64,000 nucleotides of DNA, taken from positions 7,747 to 71,746 of the forward strand of contig JAIOIK010000147.1 of NCBI GenBank assembly GCA_019912545.1. Reading direction: 5' to 3'. The notes under the pieces were generated by a model. The model did no database searches, was not told where the DNA came from, and worked only from the letters and a program-made list of their open reading frames with translations. The position numbers and the translations under genes are program-made. This DNA is from Ignavibacteria bacterium (GTDB taxonomy: Bacteria; Bacteroidota; Ignavibacteria; Tepidaquicellales; OLB5). Shown here piece after piece: positions 29,082 to 40,326 of the stretch; the stretch's first letter is position 1, and each line of letters begins with the position of its first letter.

Positions 29082-29182
29082 TATTTTTTAGTTGCTTTTG
29101 CTTTCGATTCTTTATTTTTAGCTTTTACTTTGGCTCTTTTTCTTCTGTGCTTAAGGTTTACTTTTTTCAGTGTTTTATTCAT
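29081..29182 (-). CDS. Candidate 33-aa highly basic small ORF (MNKTLKKVNLKHRRKRAKVKAKNKESKAKATKK)
   Basis: Hand translation of the minus strand. Its TAA stop shares one nucleotide with the ATG of the DMT gene (TAATG coupling). It fills the fbaB-DMT gap. It is below the ORF-track length cutoff and has no recognised homology. Confidence 0.25.
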   Translation of the reverse strand: MNKTLKKVNLKHRRKRAKVKAKNKESKAKATKK

Positions 29183-29200
29183 TTGTTATTTTAATTTATG

Positions 29201-30262
29201 TTATGCTATAGTTACATCTTCGCTTAGATATACATCCTGTATTGCGTGAAGCAGCGCAACTCCTTCATTCATAGGTTTCTGGAATGCTTTCCTTCCTGAA
29301 ATCAGTCCCATGCCTCCGGCACGCTTATTAATGACAGCAGTTTTTACCGCTTCTTTAAGATCTGAATCACCCTTACCGGTTGAGGCGCCGCCTGAGTTTA
29401 TCAAGCCGCATCTTCCCATATAACAGTTTGCTACCTGGTAGCGCGTAAGGTCAATCGGATTATCAGAAGAAAGCTTCTCATAAACAAGCTTACTGGTCTT
29501 GCCAAACTTTAATGCATTATACCCGCCATTGTTTTCCGGCAGTTTCTGCTTTATAATATCTGCTTCAATGGTTACACCTAAATGATTAGCCTGGCCTGTG
29601 AGATCAGCCGAAAGATGGTAATCCTTATCTCCTTTTACATTGAATGCTGAATTCCGCAAATAACACCAGAGTATTGTTACCATGCCAAACTCATGCGCAT
29701 ACTGGAATGCCGTAGAGATCTCCTGTATCTGCCTGGCTGATTCATCTGAACCAAAATATATTGTGGCTCCAATTGCTGCTGCTCCAAGATTGTAGGCCTG
29801 TTCAACGCCGGCAAACAAGAGCTGGTCGTATTTATTGGGGTATGAAAGGAACTCATTATGATTGATCTTTACAACAAATGGAATTTTATGAGCATATTTC
29901 CTTGAAACTGACCCAAGTACTCCAAGGGTTGAAGCGACTGCGTTACAATTACCTTCTATGGCAAGTTTTACTATGTTTTCAGGGTCAAAGTAAATCGGAT
30001 TTGGCGAAAATGACGCTCCGGCAGAGTGCTCTATACCCTGATCAACAGGTAATATTGAGAGGTAACCTGTGCCTGCAAGATTACCGCTGTTAAAGATTGC
30101 CTGCATATTCCTTAATACCTGTGAAGAGCGGTCTGAATCTTTCCATATCCTGTCAACAAAATCCGGGCCGGGCAGGTGAAGGCTTTCCTTTGGTATCGTG
30201 CTGCATTTATGTTCAAGCAGGTTTTGGTCTGCTCCCAGTAATTCTTTTATGTTTATAGACAT
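29201..30262 (-). CDS. fbaB: Class I fructose-bisphosphate aldolase (FbaB/DhnA type)
   Basis: Colinear with E. coli FbaB: [53 protein letters not shown]. Confidence 0.9.
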   Translation of the reverse strand: MSINIKELLGADQNLLEHKCSTIPKESLHLPGPDFVDRIWKDSDRSSQVLRNMQAIFNSGNLAGTGYLSILPVDQGIEHSAGASFSPNPIYFDPENIVKLAIEGNCNAVASTLGVLGSVSRKYAHKIPFVVKINHNEFLSYPNKYDQLLFAGVEQAYNLGAAAIGATIYFGSDESARQIQEISTAFQYAHEFGMVTILWCYLRNSAFNVKGDKDYHLSADLTGQANHLGVTIEADIIKQKLPENNGGYNALKFGKTSKLVYEKLSSDNPIDLTRYQVANCYMGRCGLINSGGASTGKGDSDLKEAVKTAVINKRAGGMGLISGRKAFQKPMNEGVALLHAIQDVYLSEDVTIA

Positions 30263-30318
30263 CTTAAATAAATCTCCTGTATTATATTCTGTAAATAATT
30301 TTTAATAAAAAAATGTTT

Positions 30319-31278
30319 CTATCCAAATGGCAATTTTATGATCTTACAATCTGACAATTTATCCTCAAACCTGATCTTGTAATCTTTGGTGTAATCTAAA
30401 AAAATTGTTTTTATGAAACCCAGCCCTATATTACCCTGCTTATCAGAATGTGCAGAGCTTGTTACAAATCCGCATTCCTTGCCATCTAAGGTTATCTTCG
30501 CGTCTCCTGTTTTCTTTGTTAGCAGGATCTTTTTCTTGCTGTAAAATCCGATCATATGTTTATTGATCTTGTCATATGCATCCAGCCGGGCAATAACTTC
30601 CTGACCTATATAACAGCCTTTTGTAAAGCTGACGTATTTATTCAAACCGCATTCCAATGGGTTTGTGAGATTAGTCATTTCATTTCCAAACTTCGGGATC
30701 CCATATAATACTCTTTGAGTATCAAAATCTTTTTCGCTGGTCTTGGTCAGCTCATATTTGGCAATTACTTGTTTGGAAAACAACAGCCTTTCCCAGGTTT
30801 CATTTCCTTCGGTTGAAAATATAAAATAGAAGCCTCCAAATGCATCATCATTTTGCGTAATAATCGCATCATGTCCATCATGACTTACTATTTTGAATGC
30901 TCTATGATTAATACTCCGGATGTTTTCACCTAAAACTTCCTTAAAGTATTCAGTAACATTATCTCCATAAAACAGAATTGTTCCGTGAGTTCCTGAGATA
31001 TCTGCAGCCTTGAAATCATCCATGATAGTGTATTTATCCAGATGAGCCATGACGTTAGGGGTATTTTTGAAAGAACATGTGCTGAATACGAAGTCGCCAA
31101 AGTTGTACAAGTGAAGCAGGTCAATAAATCTGCCCTTATCACTTGTCAATATGGTCTTAACTCCACCGTACTTATCAAGAGAATTTACCAGATTAGTTGA
31201 TAAGCGATTGATCAGGTCTAATCGGTCAGCGCCTTCAAACTTCAGGTAATCCTGCGGTAATCTATAAAAATTAAGCAT
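30319..31278 (-). CDS. YgfZ/GcvT-like folate-binding protein
   Basis: The conserved KGCYIGQE motif (TKGCYIGQEVIARL) is characteristic of the YgfZ family. Confidence 0.7.
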   Translation of the reverse strand: MLNFYRLPQDYLKFEGADRLDLINRLSTNLVNSLDKYGGVKTILTSDKGRFIDLLHLYNFGDFVFSTCSFKNTPNVMAHLDKYTIMDDFKAADISGTHGTILFYGDNVTEYFKEVLGENIRSINHRAFKIVSHDGHDAIITQNDDAFGGFYFIFSTEGNETWERLLFSKQVIAKYELTKTSEKDFDTQRVLYGIPKFGNEMTNLTNPLECGLNKYVSFTKGCYIGQEVIARLDAYDKINKHMIGFYSKKKILLTKKTGDAKITLDGKECGFVTSSAHSDKQGNIGLGFIKTIFLDYTKDYKIRFEDKLSDCKIIKLPFG

Positions 31279-31511
31279 TAATTAACAAATATACCTGTTT
31301 ATTAGAAGTTATTCAAAGTAATAATATGTCTTATACCAAGCGGGCTTCCGGGTGGTATGATGAAAATTCAGAGTTTAGTGTACGTAACCGGCATGAAAAC
31401 TTAATTCTAGTTTAGCGAAAATCATTAGTAATTCAATTGAAACTATGACAAAGTTCGATTATTTTTACAAAATCAAAGTAAATTTCAAACGCAATCATTA
31501 CCATCGACTAA

Positions 31512-32429
31512 ATGCTCAAGCAATTCGGACAGGATCTTAAAAAACTACGTGAGTTAAGAGGTATATCTGTTGCAGAAATTTCGGCGGAAAGCAGGATCAA
31601 TCCTAAATTCCTTTACAATATCGAAAACGGCATTTTTGATTTTGTACCTGAAACATATATCCGCTCATTCATAAAGGCGTATGCAAAAGCAATTGATGAA
31701 AATGAAAACCAGATATTGAATGAATATGATAAAGCGAAAGCCGGGTTTTATGCCAAGAGAAAATTCGCTTCAGATGACGCCCCAAAATTAACTGTAGATG
31801 AGAAGCTGCGCATTTCAGTTTTGGATAACGAGAAGGAAAAAGAAAAGGCTGAGGAGCCCGTTTACCAGGAAAGCATAAAAGAGAATAAGCCTGATTACAT
31901 GAAACCCAAAACCCCTTCATATGATTATGACTATGAAAATGACAATAAAAAGAGCAGCATAGTCAGAAAGATCTTACTTGGTGTTTTAATCCTTGCAATC
32001 TGCGCCGGAATATATTTCCTTGTGGATTATCTAAATCATTCGGGTGATAAAAAATCTGACGTTAAGCCAAAATCATTCAATGAAATATCCAGCGAATATG
32101 AAAATAAGATATCCGGCAAGATAGACTCTACAAGAATAAAAGATTCACTCAAGACCCTTGCTGTTGATTCGCTCAGGCTTACAATTAAGGCGCTTAAGGA
32201 TATTAAGATCAAAGTGTATATTGATGACGAGACAAGTGCTATTGATGGAGAAATTGCCGCAAAAGATTCGATCATTGTTTCGGCTAAAAGCCAGTTTCGC
32301 TTTTCTGCCAATGCAAACCAAAGTGTTGAAATATACCTAAACGGAAGATACCTCAGAAAACCCACTTCTACTTCCGGAACATCTATTAAGAACCTCGTTA
32401 TCAACAAAGACGGCATTGTAACTCAATAA
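31512..32429 (+). CDS. RodZ-like helix-turn-helix membrane protein
   Basis: N-terminal XRE-type HTH (LRELRGISVAEISAESRINPKFLYNIENG), a charged linker, a single TM and a C-terminal beta domain. This is the RodZ architecture. Confidence 0.6.
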   Translation: MLKQFGQDLKKLRELRGISVAEISAESRINPKFLYNIENGIFDFVPETYIRSFIKAYAKAIDENENQILNEYDKAKAGFYAKRKFASDDAPKLTVDEKLRISVLDNEKEKEKAEEPVYQESIKENKPDYMKPKTPSYDYDYENDNKKSSIVRKILLGVLILAICAGIYFLVDYLNHSGDKKSDVKPKSFNEISSEYENKISGKIDSTRIKDSLKTLAVDSLRLTIKALKDIKIKVYIDDETSAIDGEIAAKDSIIVSAKSQFRFSANANQSVEIYLNGRYLRKPTSTSGTSIKNLVINKDGIVTQ

Positions 32430-32456
32430 GCTATTGATAATCAAGGATATCAATAA

Positions 32457-34493
<2,037 letters not shown>

Positions 34494-34540
34494 TAAGGAA
34501 AAAACCAGGAAGCAAAAAGAGCAGTGAGATCCTGCAATAG

Positions 34541-34565
34541 AAAAAGGGGCTGACGCCCCTTTTTC
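34541..34565. terminator. Bidirectional terminator between convergent ligA and OMP genes
   Basis: AAAAAGGGGC TGAC GCCCCTTTTT: a GC stem flanked by an A-run and a T-run. Confidence 0.6.
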
Positions 34566-34586
34566 TATATATAATAATTGAATGTA

Positions 34587-35243
34587 CTATTTCATGAAAT
34601 TATAGCTGAAGAGGAAATATATCCCGCCGAATTGTTTTTTCTCGGATGTTGAAATGCTGTTTATGCCTTCACCGAAAAGGCTGAGGTAGTAATACCTTAA
34701 ATTAAAGCTGAATGCTGTTTTGGGGCTTGAAAGATAATCCAAACCAACGCCTGCATAAGCGCCTACTGTATATTTGGCCCTTGCATATTTAAAGCTCGAT
34801 AGGAATGGTTCATTGTAGGGAGTGTAAACTACTGCCGTTGGCGTAACCCCGAAATTCACAAATGGACGCATATTATCTGTTACATCTTCGCGGAACAGGC
34901 GGTATTGCATTCCAATGTTTATAATGGGTATCATAAACAGCCTGTTAACTTTGTAGGGAGTAAGAGAATTTCCGAAAATATCGGTCTGATCGAATTCCCG
35001 ATCATCCTTCGCGCCGGAAAATAATATAGAGGTGGTCAAAGAAATATCTTTGGAAAGATTAAAATATTTCGTCGCGCCAAACCCAAAACCGTTATCTGAA
35101 AAACTTAAGTTCAAAGACCAGTTGTTTACGGATTCCCTTTTTTGTTTTATCTTAAAACCGGATCTCTTAACGGAGTCCTGATTCTGTGAATAGAGAGATG
35201 TTATCCCTATTAATAGAGCTATGATAATTAATTTTATCTTCAT
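34587..35243 (-). CDS. Small outer-membrane beta-barrel protein (unknown family)
   Basis: Signal peptide and alternating amphipathic beta-strand pattern. 218 aa, with an aromatic-rich C-terminus (FSYNFMK). Confidence 0.5.
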   Translation of the reverse strand: MKIKLIIIALLIGITSLYSQNQDSVKRSGFKIKQKRESVNNWSLNLSFSDNGFGFGATKYFNLSKDISLTTSILFSGAKDDREFDQTDIFGNSLTPYKVNRLFMIPIINIGMQYRLFREDVTDNMRPFVNFGVTPTAVVYTPYNEPFLSSFKYARAKYTVGAYAGVGLDYLSSPKTAFSFNLRYYYLSLFGEGINSISTSEKKQFGGIYFLFSYNFMK

Positions 35244-35374
35244 GCTTAATTTTAATGAACTATGTTTTTAAATGCAATACCTATGAGAAGTGCTTTTTTA
35301 CGGGCATTATGCCTGCGGATTTACGTTGTTATAATAGCTATTATTTCATAATTTTGTTAAAAATCAGGAACAAA

Positions 35375-36214
35375 TTGAATTCAGAAATACTAATCAGAAC
35401 AGGCAGCAAAACCTTTAATCTTACCAACACAAAAAAACTATTTTTAATTGCAGGCCCCTGCGTAGTTGAATCAGAAAAACTTGCATTTGAAGTTGCTAAG
35501 AAACTTAAAGACATCACCTTACGTCTTAAAATGCCATTTATTTTTAAAGCATCATATAAAAAGGCAAACCGCACAAGCGGCTCTTCATTCCGCTCAATCG
35601 GCGTTACCGAAGCGCTTGATATACTTGGAAATATCAGGGAAAAATTGAATATTCCGGTAACAACTGACATTCATTCAGAAATTGAGGCAGAGATCGCATC
35701 CGAATATGTTGATATTCTGCAGATACCGGCATTTTTGTGCAGGCAGACTGAGCTTCTTGAAGCAGCAGCAGCAACCGGAAAAATTGTCAATATAAAAAAA
35801 GGGCAGTTCCTTTCCCCGGAAGATATGGTGCATCAGATCAATAAAGTAAAAGCAGCGGGCAATAACCGGATAATGGTCACAGAGCGCGGAGCTACATTTG
35901 GCTATCAAAACCTTGTTGTTGATATGAGGTCACTTGAGATAATGAAAAAGCTTAAATGCCCTGTGATATTTGATGCAACGCATTCTGTACAGATGCCATC
36001 AAAAAATGACGGTGTAACGGGCGGAAATCCGGAGTTTATCGAACCGCTTTCACGCGCTGCGGCTGCAGTTGGCATCAACGGAATATTTATTGAAACACAT
36101 CCCAATCCGGCAAAGGCAATGAGTGATGCCGGCTCAATGCTTCAACTTAGCAAAATGGAACCCCTCCTTAAGCGCCTTATTAAAATTCATGACCTGGTTA
36201 AGAACCACATATAA
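35375..36214 (+). CDS. kdsA: 3-deoxy-8-phosphooctulonate synthase
   Basis: Colinear with E. coli KdsA (FKASYKKANRTS, LQIPAFLCRQTELL, NIKKGQFLSP, VTERG..FGYQNLVVDM, IFDATHS). I favour the TTG at 35375, after AGGA, giving 279 aa. The track start at 35255 adds 40 non-homologous residues. Confidence 0.9.
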   Translation: MNSEILIRTGSKTFNLTNTKKLFLIAGPCVVESEKLAFEVAKKLKDITLRLKMPFIFKASYKKANRTSGSSFRSIGVTEALDILGNIREKLNIPVTTDIHSEIEAEIASEYVDILQIPAFLCRQTELLEAAAATGKIVNIKKGQFLSPEDMVHQINKVKAAGNNRIMVTERGATFGYQNLVVDMRSLEIMKKLKCPVIFDATHSVQMPSKNDGVTGGNPEFIEPLSRAAAAVGINGIFIETHPNPAKAMSDAGSMLQLSKMEPLLKRLIKIHDLVKNHI

Positions 36215-36222
36215 TTAACTGA

Positions 36223-37614
36223 ATGTATAATAAGGTTACTCCCGAATTTATTTCAAAGCTTCAAAGCATCTGCGGAAATGAGCATGTTCTCTTTGATGCG
36301 GAATCCATTTCACTTCATTCCGTAGATGAGACCGAAGATCTTAATTTCCCGCCGGAGGTAATTGTAAAGCCCGGCACAGCGCAGGAGATCTCTGAAATAT
36401 TCAAATTGGCCAATGAGCATAAAGTACCTGTAACTCCGCGCGGCGGCGGTACGGGACTTTCAGGCGGCGCGCTGGCTATTTATGGCGGGGTGTGCCTATC
36501 TATGACGAGATTCAACAGGATAATTGAAATTGATGAGAAGAATTTCCAGGCAGTAGTTCAGCCGGGAGTTATCACACAGGTTTTCCAGGAAGAAGTTGAA
36601 AAGCTTGGATTATTCTACCCGCCGGATCCCGCTTCACGGGGTTCATGTCATCTTGGCGGAAATCTTGCAGAATGTTCAGGAGGACCTAGAGCAGTAAAAT
36701 ACGGCGTTACTAAAGACTATGTGCTCGGACTTGAAGCGGTTCTGCCAACAGGCGAGATAATCAACACTGGCGGAAGAGTACTCAAAAACGTTACAGGTTA
36801 CAACTTGACTCAATTAATAGTTGGAAGCGAAGGCACACTTGCTGTAATTACAAAAATCAATTTCAGGCTTATTCCGCTGCCTAAGCATAAAAAAGTGATC
36901 CTTGCAGCTTTTGGCAGGCTTGAAGATGCAACGGATGCCGTTGCAATGATTTTCCAAAGAGGAATAACACCCTCGGCTATTGAGTTTATGGAAAAAGCCG
37001 CAGTTGAAGCCGCAGAGAAAATGCAGGGTAAGAAATTCCCTAACAGCGATGCTGAAGCGCAGTTGTTCATAGAAGTGGACGGCAATTATCCTGAAATATT
37101 GGATAAAGATATTGAGCTTATTGCCGAAGTTGTTGAGGAGTTTAATGCATTGGATGTTCTCCTTGCCGAAGACGAGCAGAAAGTGCAGGATGTTTGGGCG
37201 CTTAGGCGTGGTATTGGCGAGGCAGTAAAATCAATTTCTGCTTATAAAGAAGAAGATACGGTTGTCCCCAGGGCTAATATGACAAAGCTCGTTAGAGGTG
37301 TAAAGGAAATATCTGCCAAACATGGTATTACAACAATTTGTTACGGCCACTCAGGAGACGGCAATATTCACGTTAACATATTAAAGGATAGGCTTGATGA
37401 TAAATCGTGGGAGGAAAATATTGATACAGCCATCAGGGAGATATTCCAATTGACCGTTTCACTTGGCGGAATGATCTCGGGGGAGCATGGCATTGGGTAT
37501 TCCCAAAAGCCATACTTACCCATAGCCATTGCAGAAGCGGAAATTGAGCTGATGAAGAGGATCAAAAGATCATTCGATCCGAATAATATTTTAAATCCGG
37601 GGAAGATATTTTGA
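36223..37614 (+). CDS. FAD-linked oxidase (GlcD/D-lactate dehydrogenase-like)
   Basis: FAD-binding PCMH-type domain (PVTPRGGGTGLSGGA) and a C-terminal FAD-oxidase_C block (GEHGIG...K..FDP..ILNPGK). Confidence 0.85.
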   Translation: MYNKVTPEFISKLQSICGNEHVLFDAESISLHSVDETEDLNFPPEVIVKPGTAQEISEIFKLANEHKVPVTPRGGGTGLSGGALAIYGGVCLSMTRFNRIIEIDEKNFQAVVQPGVITQVFQEEVEKLGLFYPPDPASRGSCHLGGNLAECSGGPRAVKYGVTKDYVLGLEAVLPTGEIINTGGRVLKNVTGYNLTQLIVGSEGTLAVITKINFRLIPLPKHKKVILAAFGRLEDATDAVAMIFQRGITPSAIEFMEKAAVEAAEKMQGKKFPNSDAEAQLFIEVDGNYPEILDKDIELIAEVVEEFNALDVLLAEDEQKVQDVWALRRGIGEAVKSISAYKEEDTVVPRANMTKLVRGVKEISAKHGITTICYGHSGDGNIHVNILKDRLDDKSWEENIDTAIREIFQLTVSLGGMISGEHGIGYSQKPYLPIAIAEAEIELMKRIKRSFDPNNILNPGKIF

Positions 37615-37668
37615 ATTTGAAGTAGATTTATAAGGATCAAGACCTTTGGCCGGCTCATTTGCACATAG

Positions 37669-38030
37669 AGAAGCAGAGCCGTAGTTAGAAGCAAAGTCAA
37701 AAGCAAAATCAAAACAAAAGACGACACAAAGGCTCAAAGACTCAAAGGCACAAAGAAAAGCAAAAGCAAAGTCGGAGTTAAAAGCAAAGTCAAAAGCAAA
37801 ATCAAAACAAAAGACGACACAAAGGCTCAAAGACTCAAAGGCACAAAGAAAAGCAGAAGCAAAGTCGGAGTTAGAAGCAAAGTCAAAAGCAAAATCAAAA
37901 CAAGAGACGACACAAAGGCTCAAAGACTCAAAGGCACAAAGAAAAGCAAAAGCAAAGTCGGAGTTAAAAGCAAAGTCAAAAGCAAAATCAAAACAAAAGA
38001 CGACACAAAGGCTCAAAGGCAGAAAGAAAA
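37669..38030 (+). repeat. 93-bp direct tandem repeat, about 3.9 copies, purine-rich and almost T-free on the + strand
   Basis: The landmark GCAAAGTCAAAAGCAAAATC recurs at 37691, 37784, 37877 and 37970 (period exactly 93). Copies differ by only a few substitutions. The last copy is truncated. Confidence 0.95.
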
Positions 38031-38076
38031 GTATGATCAAAGCAGAAGCACGCAAGGTATGGGAGACAAGTAAAAT

Positions 38077-38499
38077 TTGAAAATTATGATAAAATCGGAG
38101 ATAAATATACGGGTATTATACGCTCACACTGATAAGATGGGCATAATCAATAATGGCAGATACCTTGAGTATTTTGAAGCAGGAAGGAACACACTGCTCC
38201 GCGGAATAGGCTTTCCGTACACAGAGCTTGAAAAGCTGAATTACGGGCTACCGGTTATTGAGGCGCACGTTAATTATATCTCAACCGGTGCTTATGATGA
38301 TGTAGTTGTGATAAGGTCATTTCTAAAGGCATTACCTACAGTACGTGTGAAGATAGATTATGAACTGAGTGTAAACGAAAAGATCATTGCAACTGGTTAT
38401 ACAATTCATTCATTCATAAATTTAATTACATTGAAACCGGCCCGTCCGCCAAAGGAATTTGTTGAACTGGTTGGTCAAAAATTGGGACCAGAAGACTAA
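38077..38499 (+). CDS. Acyl-CoA thioesterase, 4HBT/YbgC-like hotdog fold
   Basis: IRVLYAHTDKMGIINNGRYLEYFEAGRNTLL matches the YbgC-type catalytic N-terminus. The start is TTG 38077 or ATG 38086. Confidence 0.8.
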   Translation: MKIMIKSEINIRVLYAHTDKMGIINNGRYLEYFEAGRNTLLRGIGFPYTELEKLNYGLPVIEAHVNYISTGAYDDVVVIRSFLKALPTVRVKIDYELSVNEKIIATGYTIHSFINLITLKPARPPKEFVELVGQKLGPED

Positions 38500-38714
38500 T
38501 GACTTCTGAAGAAATGTACAGCGGCCTTGTCTGCCCGGTCGGGAAACATCCCCTTAGTTTAGACGGCGGACATTTGGTTTGCGAAAACTGTGGAGCCTCT
38601 TTCCCAATAAATGACGGGATACCTGAACTGCTGATCGAAGACGCAAGGCTTCCGGAAGGCATAAACAGTATAGCAGATCTGAAATGTATGAAAGAAAAGA
38701 ATTCTAAAAAATGA
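38499..38714 (+). CDS. Trm112/YcaR-family small zinc-ribbon-like protein
   Basis: LVCPVGKHPL...LVCENCGASFPINDGIPELLIEDAR is the family signature. Confidence 0.75.
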   Translation: MTSEEMYSGLVCPVGKHPLSLDGGHLVCENCGASFPINDGIPELLIEDARLPEGINSIADLKCMKEKNSKK

Positions 38715-39592
38715 CACTGAAAGAATTTTACAAAATAAATGGCGGCAAGATAGATAAAGCTATAAAAGATGCTTTAAAGGAAGATCATATTAAAAGTGAT
38801 GCAACTACAAACCTTATGCTAAAAGGCAAAGCGGGAAACAGAAAAATTGGTGCAGCTCTGCTATGCAAAGAAGACTGCATTGTGGCAGGGATAGATGTTT
38901 TTAAAAGTGTTTTTCTTAAGATCGATCCGCATACCAGCTTTAGAACGTTTCATAAAGATGGCGACTGGATAAAAAAGGGAAGTAAAGTCCTTGCCCTTAG
39001 ATCTTCTTGCAGCACTTTGCTGAGGGGTGAGAGGACGGCGCTCAATTTCCTGCAGAGGATGTCCGGAATAGCAACTCTTACAAATTACTTCGTTAAAAGA
39101 CTGAAATATAAGGATGCAAAGTTACTTCATACCCGCAAGACCACTCCCAATTTCAGGATTTTTGAAGCTGCGGCTGTAAAGGCAGGGGGCGGTGATTTCC
39201 ACAGGCTTAGCCTTGCGTCATCAGTCATGATCAAGGATAATCACATACTTGCAGCGGGTTCAGTTGAAAAAGTCTTTGATATTCTCCGGAAGGAAAAAAT
39301 ATCACCAAAATTGAAACAAAAGTTCGAAATAGAAGTAAAAACCTTCAAAGAGCTTATTACAGTTGTAAAATGCGGCAAGGGACTGGTAAGGGTAGTTATG
39401 ATAGATAACTTCAAGCCGGTGGATATTAAGAGGGCCATAACGATTTTAAAAACAAACGGATTTCAGGTCGAAGTATCCGGAGGCATAAACAGGCAGAATT
39501 TCGATAGTTTTCAAAGAAAAGGAATTGATTTCTACTCAATCGGGATGCTGACCCATTCCAACAAATCATGCGATTTTTCCCTGGAATTTTAA
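38711..39592 (+). CDS. nadC: Nicotinate-nucleotide diphosphorylase (carboxylating)
   Basis: ERTALNFLQRMSGIAT, TRKTTP, HR.SL...MIKDNH and EVSGGI blocks. Confidence 0.9.
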   Translation: MTLKEFYKINGGKIDKAIKDALKEDHIKSDATTNLMLKGKAGNRKIGAALLCKEDCIVAGIDVFKSVFLKIDPHTSFRTFHKDGDWIKKGSKVLALRSSCSTLLRGERTALNFLQRMSGIATLTNYFVKRLKYKDAKLLHTRKTTPNFRIFEAAAVKAGGGDFHRLSLASSVMIKDNHILAAGSVEKVFDILRKEKISPKLKQKFEIEVKTFKELITVVKCGKGLVRVVMIDNFKPVDIKRAITILKTNGFQVEVSGGINRQNFDSFQRKGIDFYSIGMLTHSNKSCDFSLEF

Positions 39593-39726
39593 TTTATTTG
39601 ATTTGATTATTATTGATTTTTATTGAAAAATTGCATAAGTTTGGTATAATTACCAATCATAACACGGCATTTTAGAGTTTATAATGCGTTTCAAATAAAA
39701 CTAACTTTTCTAAAGGAGAAAATAAT

Positions 39727-40266
39727 ATGTTAAACAACAACAACTTGAAGCTGGTTCTGGCTTTACTGGTTATGTTCGCAGTGGGCTATGTTTGCAGCTC
39801 TGATAAGGACAAAGATAAAAAGGAAGATAAGAAGGAAGACACGAAGAAAGAGGATACAAAGAAGGAAGATACTAAGAAAGAAGACAAAACTGATACCAAA
39901 GAAAATACATCCAGCGGCAGTGATGAAGCACAGCTCTATTTCTGTGAAGAATACACCGGCGGAAAAGAAGTAGGTAAATCTGATGAATTCATTATCGGGA
40001 AAAACGGCGGATATTTTACATGTATGATCAATTTAAAAGGCACCGGCAAAAAGATCGGCGTTGGCAAACTTGAGCTTAGAATTACAAAGCTTGATGGCGG
40101 CGAAAAGATCATTGCTACTGAAAAATTTGACGTCCAGCCTGATTGGGACTATATCTTCTTTGATAAATTCCATACATTTTACTCAGCAGGAAATTACAAA
40201 GTTACCGCTTTAAAACCTGACGGAACTCCGGTTGCATCAGGTGAAGTGAAAATCTCAATGAGGTAA
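39727..40266 (+). CDS. Lipoprotein with K/E/D-rich repeat linker and C-terminal YFCE domain (unknown function)
   Basis: Lipobox-like AVGYVCSS. The linker reads DKDKDKKEDKKEDTKKEDTKKEDTKKEDKTDTKE. The C-terminal ~115 aa are paralogous to the next ORF. Confidence 0.55.
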   Translation: MLNNNNLKLVLALLVMFAVGYVCSSDKDKDKKEDKKEDTKKEDTKKEDTKKEDKTDTKENTSSGSDEAQLYFCEEYTGGKEVGKSDEFIIGKNGGYFTCMINLKGTGKKIGVGKLELRITKLDGGEKIIATEKFDVQPDWDYIFFDKFHTFYSAGNYKVTALKPDGTPVASGEVKISMR

Positions 40267-40326
40267 TTTGAAATAATTTGGAAATAAAATTGAAGTTAAT
40301 TAATAACTAAAGGTCACCACAAAAAA

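Noticed and set aside
35255-35374. 40-codon N-terminal extension of kdsA
   Set aside because: It is not homologous to the KdsA N-terminus. The TTG at 35375 gives the expected ~279 aa.
37669-38030. Reading the tandem repeat as a CRISPR array
   Set aside because: The units abut directly with no unique spacers. The 93-nt period is too long for a CRISPR repeat. No cas genes are present in the window.
37591-38055. 154-aa minus-strand ORF (TTG start) spanning the 93-bp tandem repeat
   Set aside because: Its F/C/L/D-rich repetitive sequence, CFDFAFDFAFNSDFAFAF, has implausible composition. There is no Shine-Dalgarno-like sequence. It overlaps the FAD-oxidase 3-prime end. The frame is open simply because the + strand is nearly T-free. 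I treat it as an artefact of the repeat, pending expression data.
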